Shown here in pieces: positions 27,547-39,032 of a stretch of DNA of 64,000 bases. A program made the translations under genes and the position numbers. How positions within the stretch are numbered: position 1 is the first letter of the stretch; the number at the start of each line of letters is the position of its first letter. The stretch lies in assembly GCA_963707405.1 (NCBI GenBank), contig CAVPPT010000027.1:1-64000 (forward strand). The letters are read 5' to 3'. The notes beneath the pieces were generated by a model, which was not told the DNA's origin, did not search any database, and was given only the letters and a program-made list of their open reading frames with translations. The DNA is from an uncultured Planctomycetaceae bacterium (lineage in GTDB: Bacteria; Planctomycetota; Planctomycetia; Planctomycetales; Planctomycetaceae).

Positions 27547-30500
27547 ATGCTCAGCCGGCTGATCGAGTTTTCACTGAATAACCGCTTCCTGATTCTGACG
27601 GCGACGCTACTGTTGGCGCTGGGAGGGATCTACTCGGCGATTCACTTGCCGATCGACGCCGTGCCGGACATGACCAACGTGCAAGTCCAGGTGATGACGA
27701 ATGCCGGCTCTCTCTCACCTGTTGAGGTGGAGCGCTATGTGACCAATCCGGTCGAGTGGGCCATGAGCGGATTGCCCCGGGTCGAGGAAGTCCGCAGCGT
27801 TTCCAAGTTCGGGATCAGCCTGGTCACGATCGTCTTCGAGGAGGGAACCGATGTTTATTGGGCGCGCAATGTGACGGCCGAACGCATGCTGGCAGCGTCG
27901 GCTGACATTCCACCCGGCTATGGCACCCCCGAGCTCGGGCCGATGACGACAGCACTGGGTGAGATTCTTCAGTTTGAGGTGCGCGGGCAGAACCACTCAC
28001 CCATGGAGCTCCGCTCGATTCTGGACTGGGAAGTGGCCCCGCGACTTCGTGAGGTCCGGGGCGTGACCGAGATCAACACGATGGGCGGGTTCTTCAAGAC
28101 GTTTGAAGTCTGCGCCAATCCCGACCGCCTGACGAGTTATGGCATCTCCCTCAACGACCTCTTTGAGTGCCTCGAAGCGAACAATGGCACTGCCGGTGGA
28201 GGCTATATTGTCCACAACGATGAGCAACGTTTCATTCGGGGACAGGCGCTGTTAAAGGATGCCGACGACATCCGCCAGGTCGTTGTGAGACGAGAGCCGG
28301 ATGGCATTCCCATCCTGGTAAGTGACGTCGCCGACGTTGTCGTGGCACCCATGACCCGACAGGGGGCCGTCACGCGGGACGGTCGTGGTGAAGCGGTGAT
28401 CGGCATGGCCATGATGCAGATTGGCGAAAACTCGCGTGAAGTGGTCGAGCGTGTCAAGGCTCGGCTCGAGGAGATCGAGCCCACGTTGCCGGACGGCGTA
28501 CGGCTGGAAGTGGTCTATGATCGCGCCGATCTGATCGGTCGCACGCTCGACACGGTGCTGCGCAACCTGATTGAAGGCGGGGTCCTGGTGATCATCGTGC
28601 TGCTGCTCATGCTGGGCAGTCTGCGGGCCGGGATCATCACGGCCCTGGCCATTCCCTTGTCGATGTTGTTCGCAACCAACCTGATGATGGCGACCGGGAT
28701 TACCGCGAGCCTCATGAGCCTCGGCGCGATCGACTTCGGGCTGATTGTGGACAGCTCGGTGATCATGATTGAGAACTGCATGCGTCGACTGTCAGAGGAT
28801 AGCCGGGGGAGAAGCCAAACCGAAGTCGTTCGCGACGCTGCGATCGAAGTCCGCAAACCGACGATGTTTGGCGAACTGATCATCGCCATCGTCTATGTGC
28901 CGGTCCTGGCCCTGCAGGGCATGGAAGGCAAGCTGTTCCGACCCATGGCGCTCACGGTCCTGTTTGCCCTTGCCGGTTCACTGGTGCTGTCGATGACGCT
29001 CATGCCTGTCCTCGCCGCAACCTTCCTGCCCAGGCATATGGAAGAACGGGAGGCCTTCCTGATCCGCTGGATCAAATGGATTTACCGTCCGATCGTGGCG
29101 CGATCCATACGCTATCCGGCTATGACCATTGGGATCGCTCTTGCCGTGTTTGTTGGCAGCATTCCTGTCGCGATGAACTTGGGGGCGGAGTTCATGCCGC
29201 GACTCGTCGAAGGGGACCTGCTGATCGAGGCCGTGCGTCTTCCCAGTGCGACAATTGAAGGTGCGGTCAAGATCGGCGCGCAGATTGAAACGATTATCGG
29301 TGGCTTCCCGGAAGTGAAAACCGTGTTTTGCAAGACCGGTCGCCCGGAGATTGCGAACGACATTATGGGAGTCCATCAAACCGACATCTGGGTCATGCTC
29401 AAGCCGACACACGAATGGCGGCAAGGGGTGACACGCGATGATCTGATCGGGGACTTGAAGGCCGCTCTCGCCTCGCAGGTTCCGGGTGTCACGTTTGGAG
29501 TGACGCAGCCCATTGAAATGCGCGTGGATGAACTGGTCGCGGGTGTCAAGGCTGATGTAGCCGTCTTGCTTTACGGGGATGACTTGTCGGTTCTGGGAGA
29601 GAAGTCCAAAGAGATCGAAGGCGTGCTGAAGACGCTCGCAGGCTCGGCGGATGTGAAGGCTGAGTACCAGGCCAATTTGTCGACGCTCCTCATCGAACCG
29701 AAGCGGGACCTGCTGGCCCGCTACGGAGTCTCGGCCGCCGATGTCCTGGAAGTTGTCGCCGCCATGGGGGGCCGCGAGTCGGGTCTGATCTTCGAGGACC
29801 GTGCCCGTTATCCGATCATCGTCCGGGTTCCGGCGGAGTGGAGAACCCAGCAGCACTTGCTGGAGCAGCTGCCGGTCTCACACGCCGGTGGATATCCCGT
29901 CCCCCTCAAAGAGGTGGCCGACCTGGTCCTCGAAGAAACACCGCCGACCGTCGAACACGAATCCAGTCGCCGGCGCACATTCATCCAATGCAATGTCCGC
30001 GGCCGTGACGTGGCCAGCTTCGTCGCCGAAGCAAAACGCACAATCTCCAGCCAGGTCGAACTCCCTCCGAACTATGAAATCCGGTGGGGTGGTGATTTTG
30101 AAAACCTGCAATCAGCCAGCTGGCGGTTGATGCTGATCACTCCGATCGTGTTGCTGTTAATCTTTCTGCTCCTCTATTCGACGTTCAAGTCAGCGCGCCT
30201 GGCGCTCTTGATCTTTCTGGCCGTGCCGATGGCGGCCTCCGGCGGAGTTTATGCCCTCGCGATGCGAGGCATGCCCTTCAGCATCTCGGCGGGTGTGGGC
30301 TTCATTGCCCTGTTCGGTGTCGCCGTCCTGAATGGTCTGGTATGGGTCAGTGCTGCTGAAAACCGACGCCTGGCGGGAGAACCTCCGGAAACCGCCACGT
30401 TCGAGACAGCGCTCACCCGGCTGCGACCGGTGCTGATGACCGCGCTCGTCGCCAGTTTTGGTTTCCTGCCCATGGCACTCTCCCACGGAGACGGTGCCGA

Positions 30501-30675
30501 AATGCAACGGCCACTGGCCACGGTCGTGATCGGGGGACTGATCACTTCGACCTTGCTCACGTCTCTGGTTGTCCCGGCGATCTACCCGTTTTTTGCCCGG
30601 GGCGTTCGGATCAGCCGTCTGGGAAATGAAACCTCGACCGAACCGGAGGATCGCATGGTTTCAGTGATGCCGTAG
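27547..30675 (+). CDS. cusA: Heavy-metal efflux RND transporter, CusA/CzcA (HME) family
   Basis: A 1042-aa, 12-TM RND architecture with HME-family N-terminus MLSRLIEFSLNNRFLILTATLLLALGGIYSAIHLPIDAVPDMTNVQVQV. Confidence 0.85.
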   Translation: MLSRLIEFSLNNRFLILTATLLLALGGIYSAIHLPIDAVPDMTNVQVQVMTNAGSLSPVEVERYVTNPVEWAMSGLPRVEEVRSVSKFGISLVTIVFEEGTDVYWARNVTAERMLAASADIPPGYGTPELGPMTTALGEILQFEVRGQNHSPMELRSILDWEVAPRLREVRGVTEINTMGGFFKTFEVCANPDRLTSYGISLNDLFECLEANNGTAGGGYIVHNDEQRFIRGQALLKDADDIRQVVVRREPDGIPILVSDVADVVVAPMTRQGAVTRDGRGEAVIGMAMMQIGENSREVVERVKARLEEIEPTLPDGVRLEVVYDRADLIGRTLDTVLRNLIEGGVLVIIVLLLMLGSLRAGIITALAIPLSMLFATNLMMATGITASLMSLGAIDFGLIVDSSVIMIENCMRRLSEDSRGRSQTEVVRDAAIEVRKPTMFGELIIAIVYVPVLALQGMEGKLFRPMALTVLFALAGSLVLSMTLMPVLAATFLPRHMEEREAFLIRWIKWIYRPIVARSIRYPAMTIGIALAVFVGSIPVAMNLGAEFMPRLVEGDLLIEAVRLPSATIEGAVKIGAQIETIIGGFPEVKTVFCKTGRPEIANDIMGVHQTDIWVMLKPTHEWRQGVTRDDLIGDLKAALASQVPGVTFGVTQPIEMRVDELVAGVKADVAVLLYGDDLSVLGEKSKEIEGVLKTLAGSADVKAEYQANLSTLLIEPKRDLLARYGVSAADVLEVVAAMGGRESGLIFEDRARYPIIVRVPAEWRTQQHLLEQLPVSHAGGYPVPLKEVADLVLEETPPTVEHESSRRRTFIQCNVRGRDVASFVAEAKRTISSQVELPPNYEIRWGGDFENLQSASWRLMLITPIVLLLIFLLLYSTFKSARLALLIFLAVPMAASGGVYALAMRGMPFSISAGVGFIALFGVAVLNGLVWVSAAENRRLAGEPPETATFETALTRLRPVLMTALVASFGFLPMALSHGDGAEMQRPLATVVIGGLITSTLLTSLVVPAIYPFFARGVRISRLGNETSTEPEDRMVSVMP

Positions 30676-30955
30676 CAGACAGGGGGGGCACTTCAATAAC
30701 CTGCAGCGCCGCTGACGCTGCATGGAACTGCGGATTCTCTTGAGCTGAAGGCTGGAACGTTGGGGGCCAACTAGGGATGCATACACAACTCGGCACTGGC
30801 ATTTTCTCGTGTGCTCCTGTGTGCGGCACCCGGCCGGTGCGCATGTGAGGGTGCCGAAGGTGATGGCTGCATGTCCCGGCGTTGATTGCTCCAGACTGGT
30901 GTCGTGAAAGACAATCTTACGATTCGCGTACAGTTCCGGTCGCAGGAGAAGGGCG

Positions 30956-31477
30956 GTGAGAATGTCCATCTGGTCGCGGGAATCGACAGTTCCGTCGCGA
31001 CGCCGCAACTGGCGTCGCCTGTTCCGGATCTCAGCCGGTGCGGTTGTTGTAGCGGGGTTGCTGCGCTGGATGCATCCCGCAGCCCCAACGTCACTGGGTG
31101 TTCGGAATGGACAACTAAGGCAATGCCCCGATTCTCCCAACTGTGTCTCGTCCACCAGTACAGATCCACGACATGCCATTGAGCCATTGGCGTTTCAAGG
31201 CACAAGGCGGGAAGCCCTGCAGCAACTGGAGGCACTCGTCAGGCAGATGCCTCTTGCACACGTCGTCGAATCCGGCGATCAATACCTACACGTGGAATTC
31301 CGGAGTCGGATGCTGAGGTTCGTTGACGATGTGGAGTTCTTTGCTCCCCTCGACGCCCATCATATTGAAGTGCGATCAGGGTCACGCGTGGGCTACTCCG
31401 ACTTCGGAGTCAATCGCGATCGCATCGAGATGATCCGACAACTCTTCAACGAGTCGTTCGCTTCCGACGGGAGTTGA
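30956..31477 (+). CDS. DUF1499 family protein
   Basis: The characteristic CPDSPNCVSS motif and the expected size. Confidence 0.55.
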   Translation: MRMSIWSRESTVPSRRRNWRRLFRISAGAVVVAGLLRWMHPAAPTSLGVRNGQLRQCPDSPNCVSSTSTDPRHAIEPLAFQGTRREALQQLEALVRQMPLAHVVESGDQYLHVEFRSRMLRFVDDVEFFAPLDAHHIEVRSGSRVGYSDFGVNRDRIEMIRQLFNESFASDGS

Positions 31478-31522
31478 GTGCAGCTCGCCGACGACGCCGG
31501 GGTGACAGCGATTGCGAGGCGG

Positions 31523-31895
31523 TCAGACGGTCGCAGGTTCTGCCCCTCGTCGATGCACGATTGCATACACACAGGGAACCAGCACCAGCGTCAGCACGGT
31601 TGAAACGACCATGCCGCCGACCAGTGCCCGGGCCAGGGGGATGATGGCCTCGTTCCCCGGTGCGAGCTGGAACGTGAGCGGGATCATCGACGCCACGAGG
31701 GTCAGTGACGTCATCAGAATGGGTCGCAACCTCACTTGAGCAGCTGCCAGCGCCGCCTGTCTGGCGGGGAGCCCTTCGTCTCGCCGGCGGTTGGCAAAGT
31801 CGACCAGCAGAATCGAGTTGTTCACAACGACACCGATCATTATCAGCGTCCCCATCAGCGACTGGATGTTGAGAGTCGTGCCGGTGAGGTACCTT
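31523..31895 (-). pseudogene. Orphan C-terminal remnant (~125 aa) of an RND transporter paralog
   Basis: YLTGTTLNIQSLMGTLIMIGVVVNNSILLVDFANRRRDEGL... parallels the C-terminus of the intact plus-strand RND gene (YLTGTTLNIQSFVGSIMAVGVAMANAILLVTFAEERRRHGL). The frame opens directly after a TGA. No upstream RND sequence is present. Confidence 0.6.
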
Positions 31896-32180
31896 GCGGG
31901 TCAGCAACGCCGTGCCGCCGGAGCCGCAACCTGCAGATGTGGCAGGATGGCCGGTCACCGCGACGCGACAAGCGGGGGCTCAGGATCGAGCAGTTGGTCC
32001 AGCGGCTGACGACTTTCAGCCGGCTGCGGGTGTGCGATGATTACATGCCGGAGATGTTCACCGGGTTCGTGCGGCGGAGGTGCCAATTGGTGCAGTTACA
32101 CCAATTCGACTGATAGCACCCATCACCCCGGTATTCGCTATACTCTGCGGTGGTGGGATGTGACCTCAAAGGGTTCCTCG

Positions 32181-35100
32181 ATGCGATTGATTCTTACAGC
32201 ACTCCGTCATCCGATTTCGGTGATGATCGTCATCGTGGCGGTGGTGTTGGGATTCTTTGTGGCTGTCGGTAAGCCGATCGCGCAGGGGTTGGGTCTGCCC
32301 TATCCCGCCGCACTACCGCAAGGGATGGAAGTTGATGTCTTTCCCGCGCTCAATCTGCCGGTCATCTATGTCTGTCAGCCGTATGGCGGAATGGACCCGG
32401 CGCAGATGGAAGGCTATCTGACGAACTACTACGAGTACCATTTCCTCTATATTAGCGGCATCCATCACGTCGAATCGCGGAACATTCACAGCGTGGCGCT
32501 GATGAAGCTGACGTTTCATCCCGGCACCAACATGGCTCAAGCCATGGCCGAGACGATTAACTATGTGAATCGCTCTCAAGCCTTCATGCCGCCGGGCACC
32601 GTGTCGCCGTTTGTGATGCGATTCGACACGGGCAGTGTCCCGGTTGGTCGGTTGGTGATGTCGAGCGAAACCAAAACGATCGCCGAGATTCAGGATATGG
32701 CGCTGTTCCGCGTGCGGCCGATGTTTGCGGCATTGCCGGGCGTGTCGGCTCCGCCGCCGTTCGGTGGTAGTCAGCGGACAGTGGTCGTTACCGTCGATCC
32801 TCAGCGGCTGCAGGCTTACCGCATGTCACCTCAAGAGGTTGTCACCGCACTGGCAGAAAACAATCAACTCAGTCCATCGGGCAATATCGCGATCGGCGAC
32901 AAGTTTCCCGTCGTCCCCGTCAATTCCGTCGTCAAGGACGCCAATGAGTTGACCAACTCGCCAATCCGCAGCGAAGACGGTCGTACGATCTATCTGCGCG
33001 ATGTCGCGACCGTTCGCGATTCCATGGATTTGCCGTCGGGCTATTCGTTGGTTAATGGCCGCCGCGCGGTGTACATTCTGGCGACCAAGCGTGCGGACGC
33101 TTCAACACTCTCCGTCGTCAACGAAATCAAGGCCGCGCTACCGGCGATGAAGGCGGCGATGGGCGAAGAGGGCAAGGACATCGACGTTCGCTTTGAGTTC
33201 GATCAGACGCCCTACGTCACGCGCGGCGTATCCGGTGTAGTGACGGAAGGTGTGCTGGGAGCATTCCTGGTGGGGCTGATGATTCTCGTGTTCCTGCGCG
33301 ACTGGCGCAGTGCACTGGTCGTTGTCCTCAACATCCCGCTCGCGCTGATGTCGTCGGTCCTGCTGCTGTGGCTGACGGGCCAGACGCTCAACCTGATGAC
33401 GTTGGGTGGATTGGCGCTGGCAATCGGAATTCTGGTCGACGAGGCAACGGTCGAAATCGAGAACATCCATTCCCAGATGGAACGTGTCGGCTCCATTGCG
33501 CGCACGGTGAAGTTGGGGAACTCTCAAACAGCCATCCCGCGTCTTCTCGCAATGATCTGTATTCTGGCCGTGTTTATTTCAGCACTCTTTATGCACGGGG
33601 CGGCGCGATCGCTGTTCGTGCCGCTGGCGCTCGCCGTCGGCTTTTCGATGATTGCGTCGTACATTCTTTCCAGCACGTTCGTGCCGGTGATCTCGATCTG
33701 GCTACTTCGCGGTCACGATGAGGCAGCGACGCATCACGCTCCGATTCTGGACCGACTTCGAGGCGGCTACGAATGGACGCTGACTCGGGTACTCCGGTTT
33801 CGCATCGTGTTCGTTGCCCTCTACTTGATGGGCACAGCGGTTGTGATTGTTGGCTTGGGAACGCGATTGGGCATGGATATTTTTCCTCGTGTCGACGCCG
33901 ATCAGTTCCGCGTCCGACTGCGAGCCGCCGATGGCACGCACCTTGGTCGCAGCGAACGGATCGCGCTGCACGTCATCGACACCATCGAACAGGAAGTGGG
34001 ACGCGACAACATTGACCTGACGCTGGGCTACGTCGGCACGAACCCGTCGAGCTATCCAATCAACGCAGTGTTTCACTGGTCGCGCGGCCCGGAGGAATCC
34101 GTGCTATGGGTCGATCTGCGCGATGACGCCGAAATTGACGTCGCGACGCTTCAGCAGCGGCTGCGAGAACGGCTGGCGAGCGACGCGGAACTGGTTGGAG
34201 TTCAGTTTTCGTTCGAGCCGTCGGACATCGTTAACGAAGTGATGAGTTTTGGTTCGCCGACGCCGGTCGAAGTTGCCGTGAGCGGCCCGAGCCTGACGGA
34301 GAACCGCGCGTTTGCCGAAACGGTGCATGACGAATTGGCCAAGGTTCCGGCACTGCGCGATCTTCAGTACGCACAGTCACTGGACTACCCGACAGTCGAA
34401 GTCGATGTCGATCGCGAGCGGGCTGGGCAAGCCGGTGTGACGCCGGTCGATGTTGCCCAAGCCCTTGTGGCCGCCACTTCATCGACGCGATTCACCGTCC
34501 CGATCTTCTGGGCAGAACCGAAAAGTGGCCGCGGTTACCAGGTGCAGGTCGAATTGCCGAGATCGGTCGTCCGCGAGGCCGAAGAAGGCATCGACGCGAT
34601 CGACTCGGTAGCCGATCTGGCGTCAATTCCTGTTCGTCACAATCGCTCACTTTTTGCGAATTCGGCGAATGGTGGATACATAAGTCCGGGTTCCACAGTG
34701 CGCATCCGCGATGTCGCTGAATTGCGCGAAGGAACAATGCCCGGCCAGTTTGACCGCTACAATATGCAACGCGAGATCGGTTTGACCGCCAACTTCGTCG
34801 CCGCGGACTTGGGGAGCGTTGCTCGTGACGTGACGGCGGCATTGGCTCGGGCGGGCGAACCGCCGACCGGCGTGAAGGTTCAGGTTCGAGGCCAGATTCC
34901 ACCGATGAACGACATGCTCAGCGGCTTGGGTGTTGGGTTGTTGGTGGCGATCGTGGTGATCTTTCTGATACTCGCCGCGAACTTTCAGTCTCTCCGCCTG
35001 GCTCTCGTTACGGTCTCCAATGCACCAGCCGTGGTGGCAGGCGTGGTGCTGCTACTGTATCTGACCGGAACGACGCTCAACATTCAGTCGTTTGTCGGTT

Positions 35101-35512
35101 CGATCATGGCGGTAGGTGTGGCGATGGCCAACGCGATTCTGCTGGTCACGTTTGCGGAAGAACGTCGCCGCCATGGGTTGGCGATCGAAACGGCAGCGGT
35201 CAGTGGATCGACTTCGCGTATGCGCGCGGTTCTGATCACGACGGCAGCGATGATCGCCGGAATGGTTCCCATGGCGCTGGCACTGGGCGAAGCCGGTGCG
35301 CAGATGCGCCGCTGGGCCGAGCCGTGATTGGCGGATTGGCGGCCGGCACGGCCGCGACGTTCTTTATCCTGCCATGCATGTTCACAATTCTGCAGAGTCG
35401 CGCGACGACAGCATCCGGCTCGCTCGATCCCGATGACCCGGAAAGTGCGTACTACGTCGCCGATCATGAAACACCAGATTCCCATGCACATGATTCAGGA
35501 GTAGGAAGATGA
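32181..35512 (+). CDS. Multidrug-type RND efflux transporter (AcrB/HAE family), with a frame change ~60 codons before the end
   Basis: ~1100 aa with 12 TM helices and two large periplasmic loops. ATG at 32181. The C-terminal 60 aa continue in ORF 35324..35512 (VIGGLAAGTAATFFILPCMFTILQS). Confidence 0.8.
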
Positions 35513-36617
35513 CGCACGATCGTATCGTTCGAAGTGTGATCGTTGCCGCCGCCGTACTGATGGCGACGCAGCGACCAACGGTGGCACAAACTCCCGCGAC
35601 GTCGCCAAAGTCGACAACTCAACCAGCTCGCATCGAGCCGTTTGAACAGGTTCCGCTGTTTGCAAGGATTGAAGGATACATCAGCCCGGCTCACACGAGC
35701 GACCAGGCCAAAAATCCATCTCGCAAATCATCGCTGGCTGACATTGGAGACCGGGTGAAGGCAGGGGAGGTGTTGGCCGAGGTCTCGGTTCCTGAATTGC
35801 GGCAGGGACTGCGGCAGAAACAGGCGCTGTATGCGCAGGCCGAGGCTGAAGTCGAGCAGGCCACGCAAGCGATCATTGTCGCGCAGAAGGTTGCCGAGAG
35901 TGCGCGGGTTCGGGTGACTGAAGCGGAAGCCGGCATCGCTCGGGCCACCGCCGAATACGAACTCGTCAGGTCGGAGCGAGATCGCATCCAGGAGCTTGTC
36001 AGCAGGGACTCTGTGACCGCACAGTTGGGCGATGAAGCGATCAGCCAGTTTCGTGCCGCCGACGCGGCCCGGGGAGAGGTTTTCGCCAAGGTCGAATCAG
36101 CGAAAGCGGAGTTTGGCGAAAAGGAGGCGAACATCGCTTTGGCCCGTGCCGACGCTGCAGCCGCTGCCTGCGCCTGCAGGTTGCCCAGGTGAACGTCGAT
36201 CACATTCAGACGATGCTGGAATACGCCACGATCCGCGCACCATTTGCTGGTGTCGTCACCGAGCGTGGAGTTGATACGGGCCATCTCGTAGGACCTCATC
36301 AGAGCAACAACTCGCGTCCGCTGTTTACGATCGCTCGCACGGACGTCCTGCGCGTCACCGTCGACATCCCCGAGTTGGAAGCTTCACTGGTCGACATTGG
36401 GGATCGCGCCATTATCCGCGTCCAAGCGCTCGGAACCGAGGAAATCGAAGCAAGAGTGACTCGAACTTCGTTTGTGCTCGATCCTTCCTCACGAACGCTT
36501 CGCGTGGAAATTGACGTCGCCAATGAAGCTCAACGGCTCCGTCCGGGAATGTACGCGACCGTGCGGATCGAACTGGATGATCAACTTCCACAATCAGTTG
36601 GCAGTAAAGCCGAATGA
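35509..36617 (+). CDS. RND efflux periplasmic adaptor (HlyD-like MFP), with a frame change at ~36190
   Basis: Signal/TM, coiled coil (QALYAQAEAEVEQATQAIIVAQK...), then the barrel domain in 36189..36617 (TIRAPFAGVVTERGVDTGHLV). Confidence 0.65.
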
Positions 36618-36734
36618 GCCTGGCAGTTCCGGCCAGGATTCCGCTTGCCGTCGGGATCGAAGGAAGGTCCATCCGACCGGCAAAGACAACAGTTGTTTCT
36701 GGCACACTGGCGCGGATCCGGTTCCGGCAGATCA

Positions 36735-36944
36735 TCATGTGGACGTCGCTGGCTGCGTCGAGGTCCGGCGGATCTCGGCCTCCGATACCGCAACGGTCTT
36801 GACTGGCACCTTCGTCGCCGTGCGGACTTGTTCGACCTTGGACTCCTCTGCCGGTTGACAGCCTGCGAAAGTCAGCGAGAGTCCGGCGAGTATCCACATC
36901 CAGGACGAATGGCGCATGCGAAGGCCTTTTCGGATAATTACCAT
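36735..36944 (-). pseudogene. Orphan lipoprotein N-terminus resembling the start of a membrane fusion protein, truncated
   Basis: Lipobox LAGLSLTFAGCQ followed by KVEQVRTATKVPVKTVAVSEAEIRR, typical of an MFP N-terminus. The ORF ends after 69 aa, where it abuts the convergent plus-strand MFP gene. Confidence 0.35.
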
Positions 36945-37197
36945 GATCCTCCGAGTCTAACCGACACCTGAACCCTGACAACAGGAGCAAGTTCCCTGCG
37001 TCACGGCTTTCCCAGACACTGGTCCCGTTAGAACCCTGCCGACCGCAACCACCGGTGCAATGCATGCCAGGAGAAGTTGCATCCTTGTGAGACCCGAAAC
37101 GTACGTGCGTTTGCTGCAGTCGCCACGTCCACTACGTCGAACTGAATCGATACAGACCGGACGAAGGGACGGAGTCTCACGGTACCGCGAAGGAGTG

Positions 37198-38915
37198 TCG
37201 GAATGTCTCGAACTGCCAGATCCACAGGGATCTTGTTGTGCTTGTTCATCACAGGTTGCCCCAGGCGCGGATGGCCGGACTCGTGCGCCCTTCCGCCGCT
37301 CTGCGCGTGCATTCCCCGACATCGAGTGAAGCCGTGATGGCTGCGGCACCTGCGCCAGGCAGTGGAGGATCGCTGCTCGCTTAACGAAGTTTCGTCATCT
37401 TCTAACGCTTCGGACACGCTGCGCCCTGATGCACCGCTCCGCCATCCCGAAGACGTCGCCCAACCCTCACACTTTGCCGCATCGGCAGCACCGGACGCAG
37501 AAGCTGATGTCGTCCTCACCACCGCGGAACTCCCCGCAGACGTTGACCCATCCGCAGAGCTGACCACCGCCGATGCCGGGATCGAGCAGCCACTTCTGGA
37601 ATCGCTTTCCGCGAAGCCAGCCAATGTGCTGTTGCTGGATCTACCCACGTCGCTCGCGCTGGTGGGAGGGCAGCATCCGGTTGTGGCCTTCGCCCAGTGG
37701 CGAGTCGAGGAAGCCTATGCCCGACTGGACGGAGCGAACGCCTTGTGGCTTCCGTCCCTGAGGGCCGGTGTCAGCTATAACCGGCACAATGGACCTCTGC
37801 AGGCCTCCCCTGGTGAAGTGATTGATGTGAGTCGATCCTCGCTGCAGGCCGGTCTGGGAGCGGGTGCAGTCGGGGCAGGGACGACGCTGGTGCCAGGTGT
37901 CCTGGCACAATTCCATGTATCCGATGCCATCTTTCAGCCTCGCGTCGCGGAGAAGACGGCGTGGGCGCGTCAGCATGCCGCTACCGTCGCCTTCCAGGAT
38001 CAACTGTTGCAGGTGGCATTGGCCTATGTGAATCTGCTCTCCGTCGAACAGGAGATGCGCATCATCGAGGAAACCCGTCAGCGCACATCCGGACTGGCGC
38101 TGTTGACGGCAGACTATGCGGCCGCTGGACAAGGTCTGCAGTCAGACGCCGACCGCCTGGCGACGGAACTGATTCTCGTGGAGGGGCGGTTAATCGAGGC
38201 TCGTGAGCGGTCGGCGACGGCGGCCGCTCGACTTCTGGAAGCGGTCAGTCTCGATCCCGGCTGCGAGGTGGAATTGACAGACCCCGGCGTGACTCCCATT
38301 GAACTGGTCAGTGTCGCGACTGATCGAAACAGTCTCGTCCGCACCGCCTTGTCGTCTCGCCCGGAACTGAAGGCCGCCCAGTGTCTGGTCGCCGCGGCCT
38401 GTGATGAGTTCGACCGACAACGCTATGCTCCGTTTGTCCCGAGTGTATTACTCGGGTTCAGTCAGTCAGGATTCGGCGGAGGGCGTGGGACGACGATCGG
38501 CAACTTCGGCGATCGCATGGACTTCGACGCGCTGGCCGTCTGGGAGGTTCGCAACCTCGGCTTTGGCGAAGCTGCGGCCCGTCGGGAAACTTCGGCCCGG
38601 GTCCAGCAGACCCAGTACGAACAACTGAGGACGATGGATACGGTCGCCCGTCAGGTTTCAGAGAGCTATGCCCAGCTGTCTTATCGTGCTGAGCGCATGC
38701 GGGTATCGCAAGATGCCATCCGATCAGCGACCGATTCGTATGAGCGTAATCTCCGGCGGATCCGTGCAGGGCAGGGGCTTCCACTGGAAGTGCTCCAGTC
38801 GATTCAGGCTTTTGAGGATGCGCAGCGGGCCTATCTGGAGGCCGTCACCGCCCATAACGAGGCTCAGTTTCGCCTGCGGTGGTCGCTGGGGTGGCCCGTC
38901 TCCGGCAGCCTGTAG
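37198..38915 (+). CDS. Outer-membrane efflux protein (TolC/OprM family OMF); the lipoprotein signal is in a different frame from the body
   Basis: MSRTARSTGILLCLFITGC lipobox ORF at ~37198-37330. The body 37362..38915 has two OEP repeats with coiled-coil helices (LLQVALAYVNLLSVEQEMRI, QRAYLEAVTAHNEAQFRLRWSLG). Confidence 0.65.
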
Positions 38916-39032
38916 CGATTCCGTCGTCCGGAACCTGAGCCGGCAGTCCGTGGGGATTTGGTTGTAGATGTCTCTCTGGTGTGTATCTCGATAGCAGGTG
39001 AGATTATACCGGGGACGTTCCTGCTGCAAAGC

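Noticed and set aside
28978-29856. 292-aa minus-strand ORF inside cusA
   Set aside because: Shadow ORF. cusA on the plus strand is intact and strongly supported.
30661-31235. 172- and 154-aa minus-strand ORFs
   Set aside because: Antisense to the DUF1499 gene and the cusA 3' end, and they overlap each other.
36412-37065. 217-aa minus-strand ORF
   Set aside because: Antisense to the MFP C-terminus. The only believable minus-strand signal here is the short lipoprotein N-terminus at 36735..36944.
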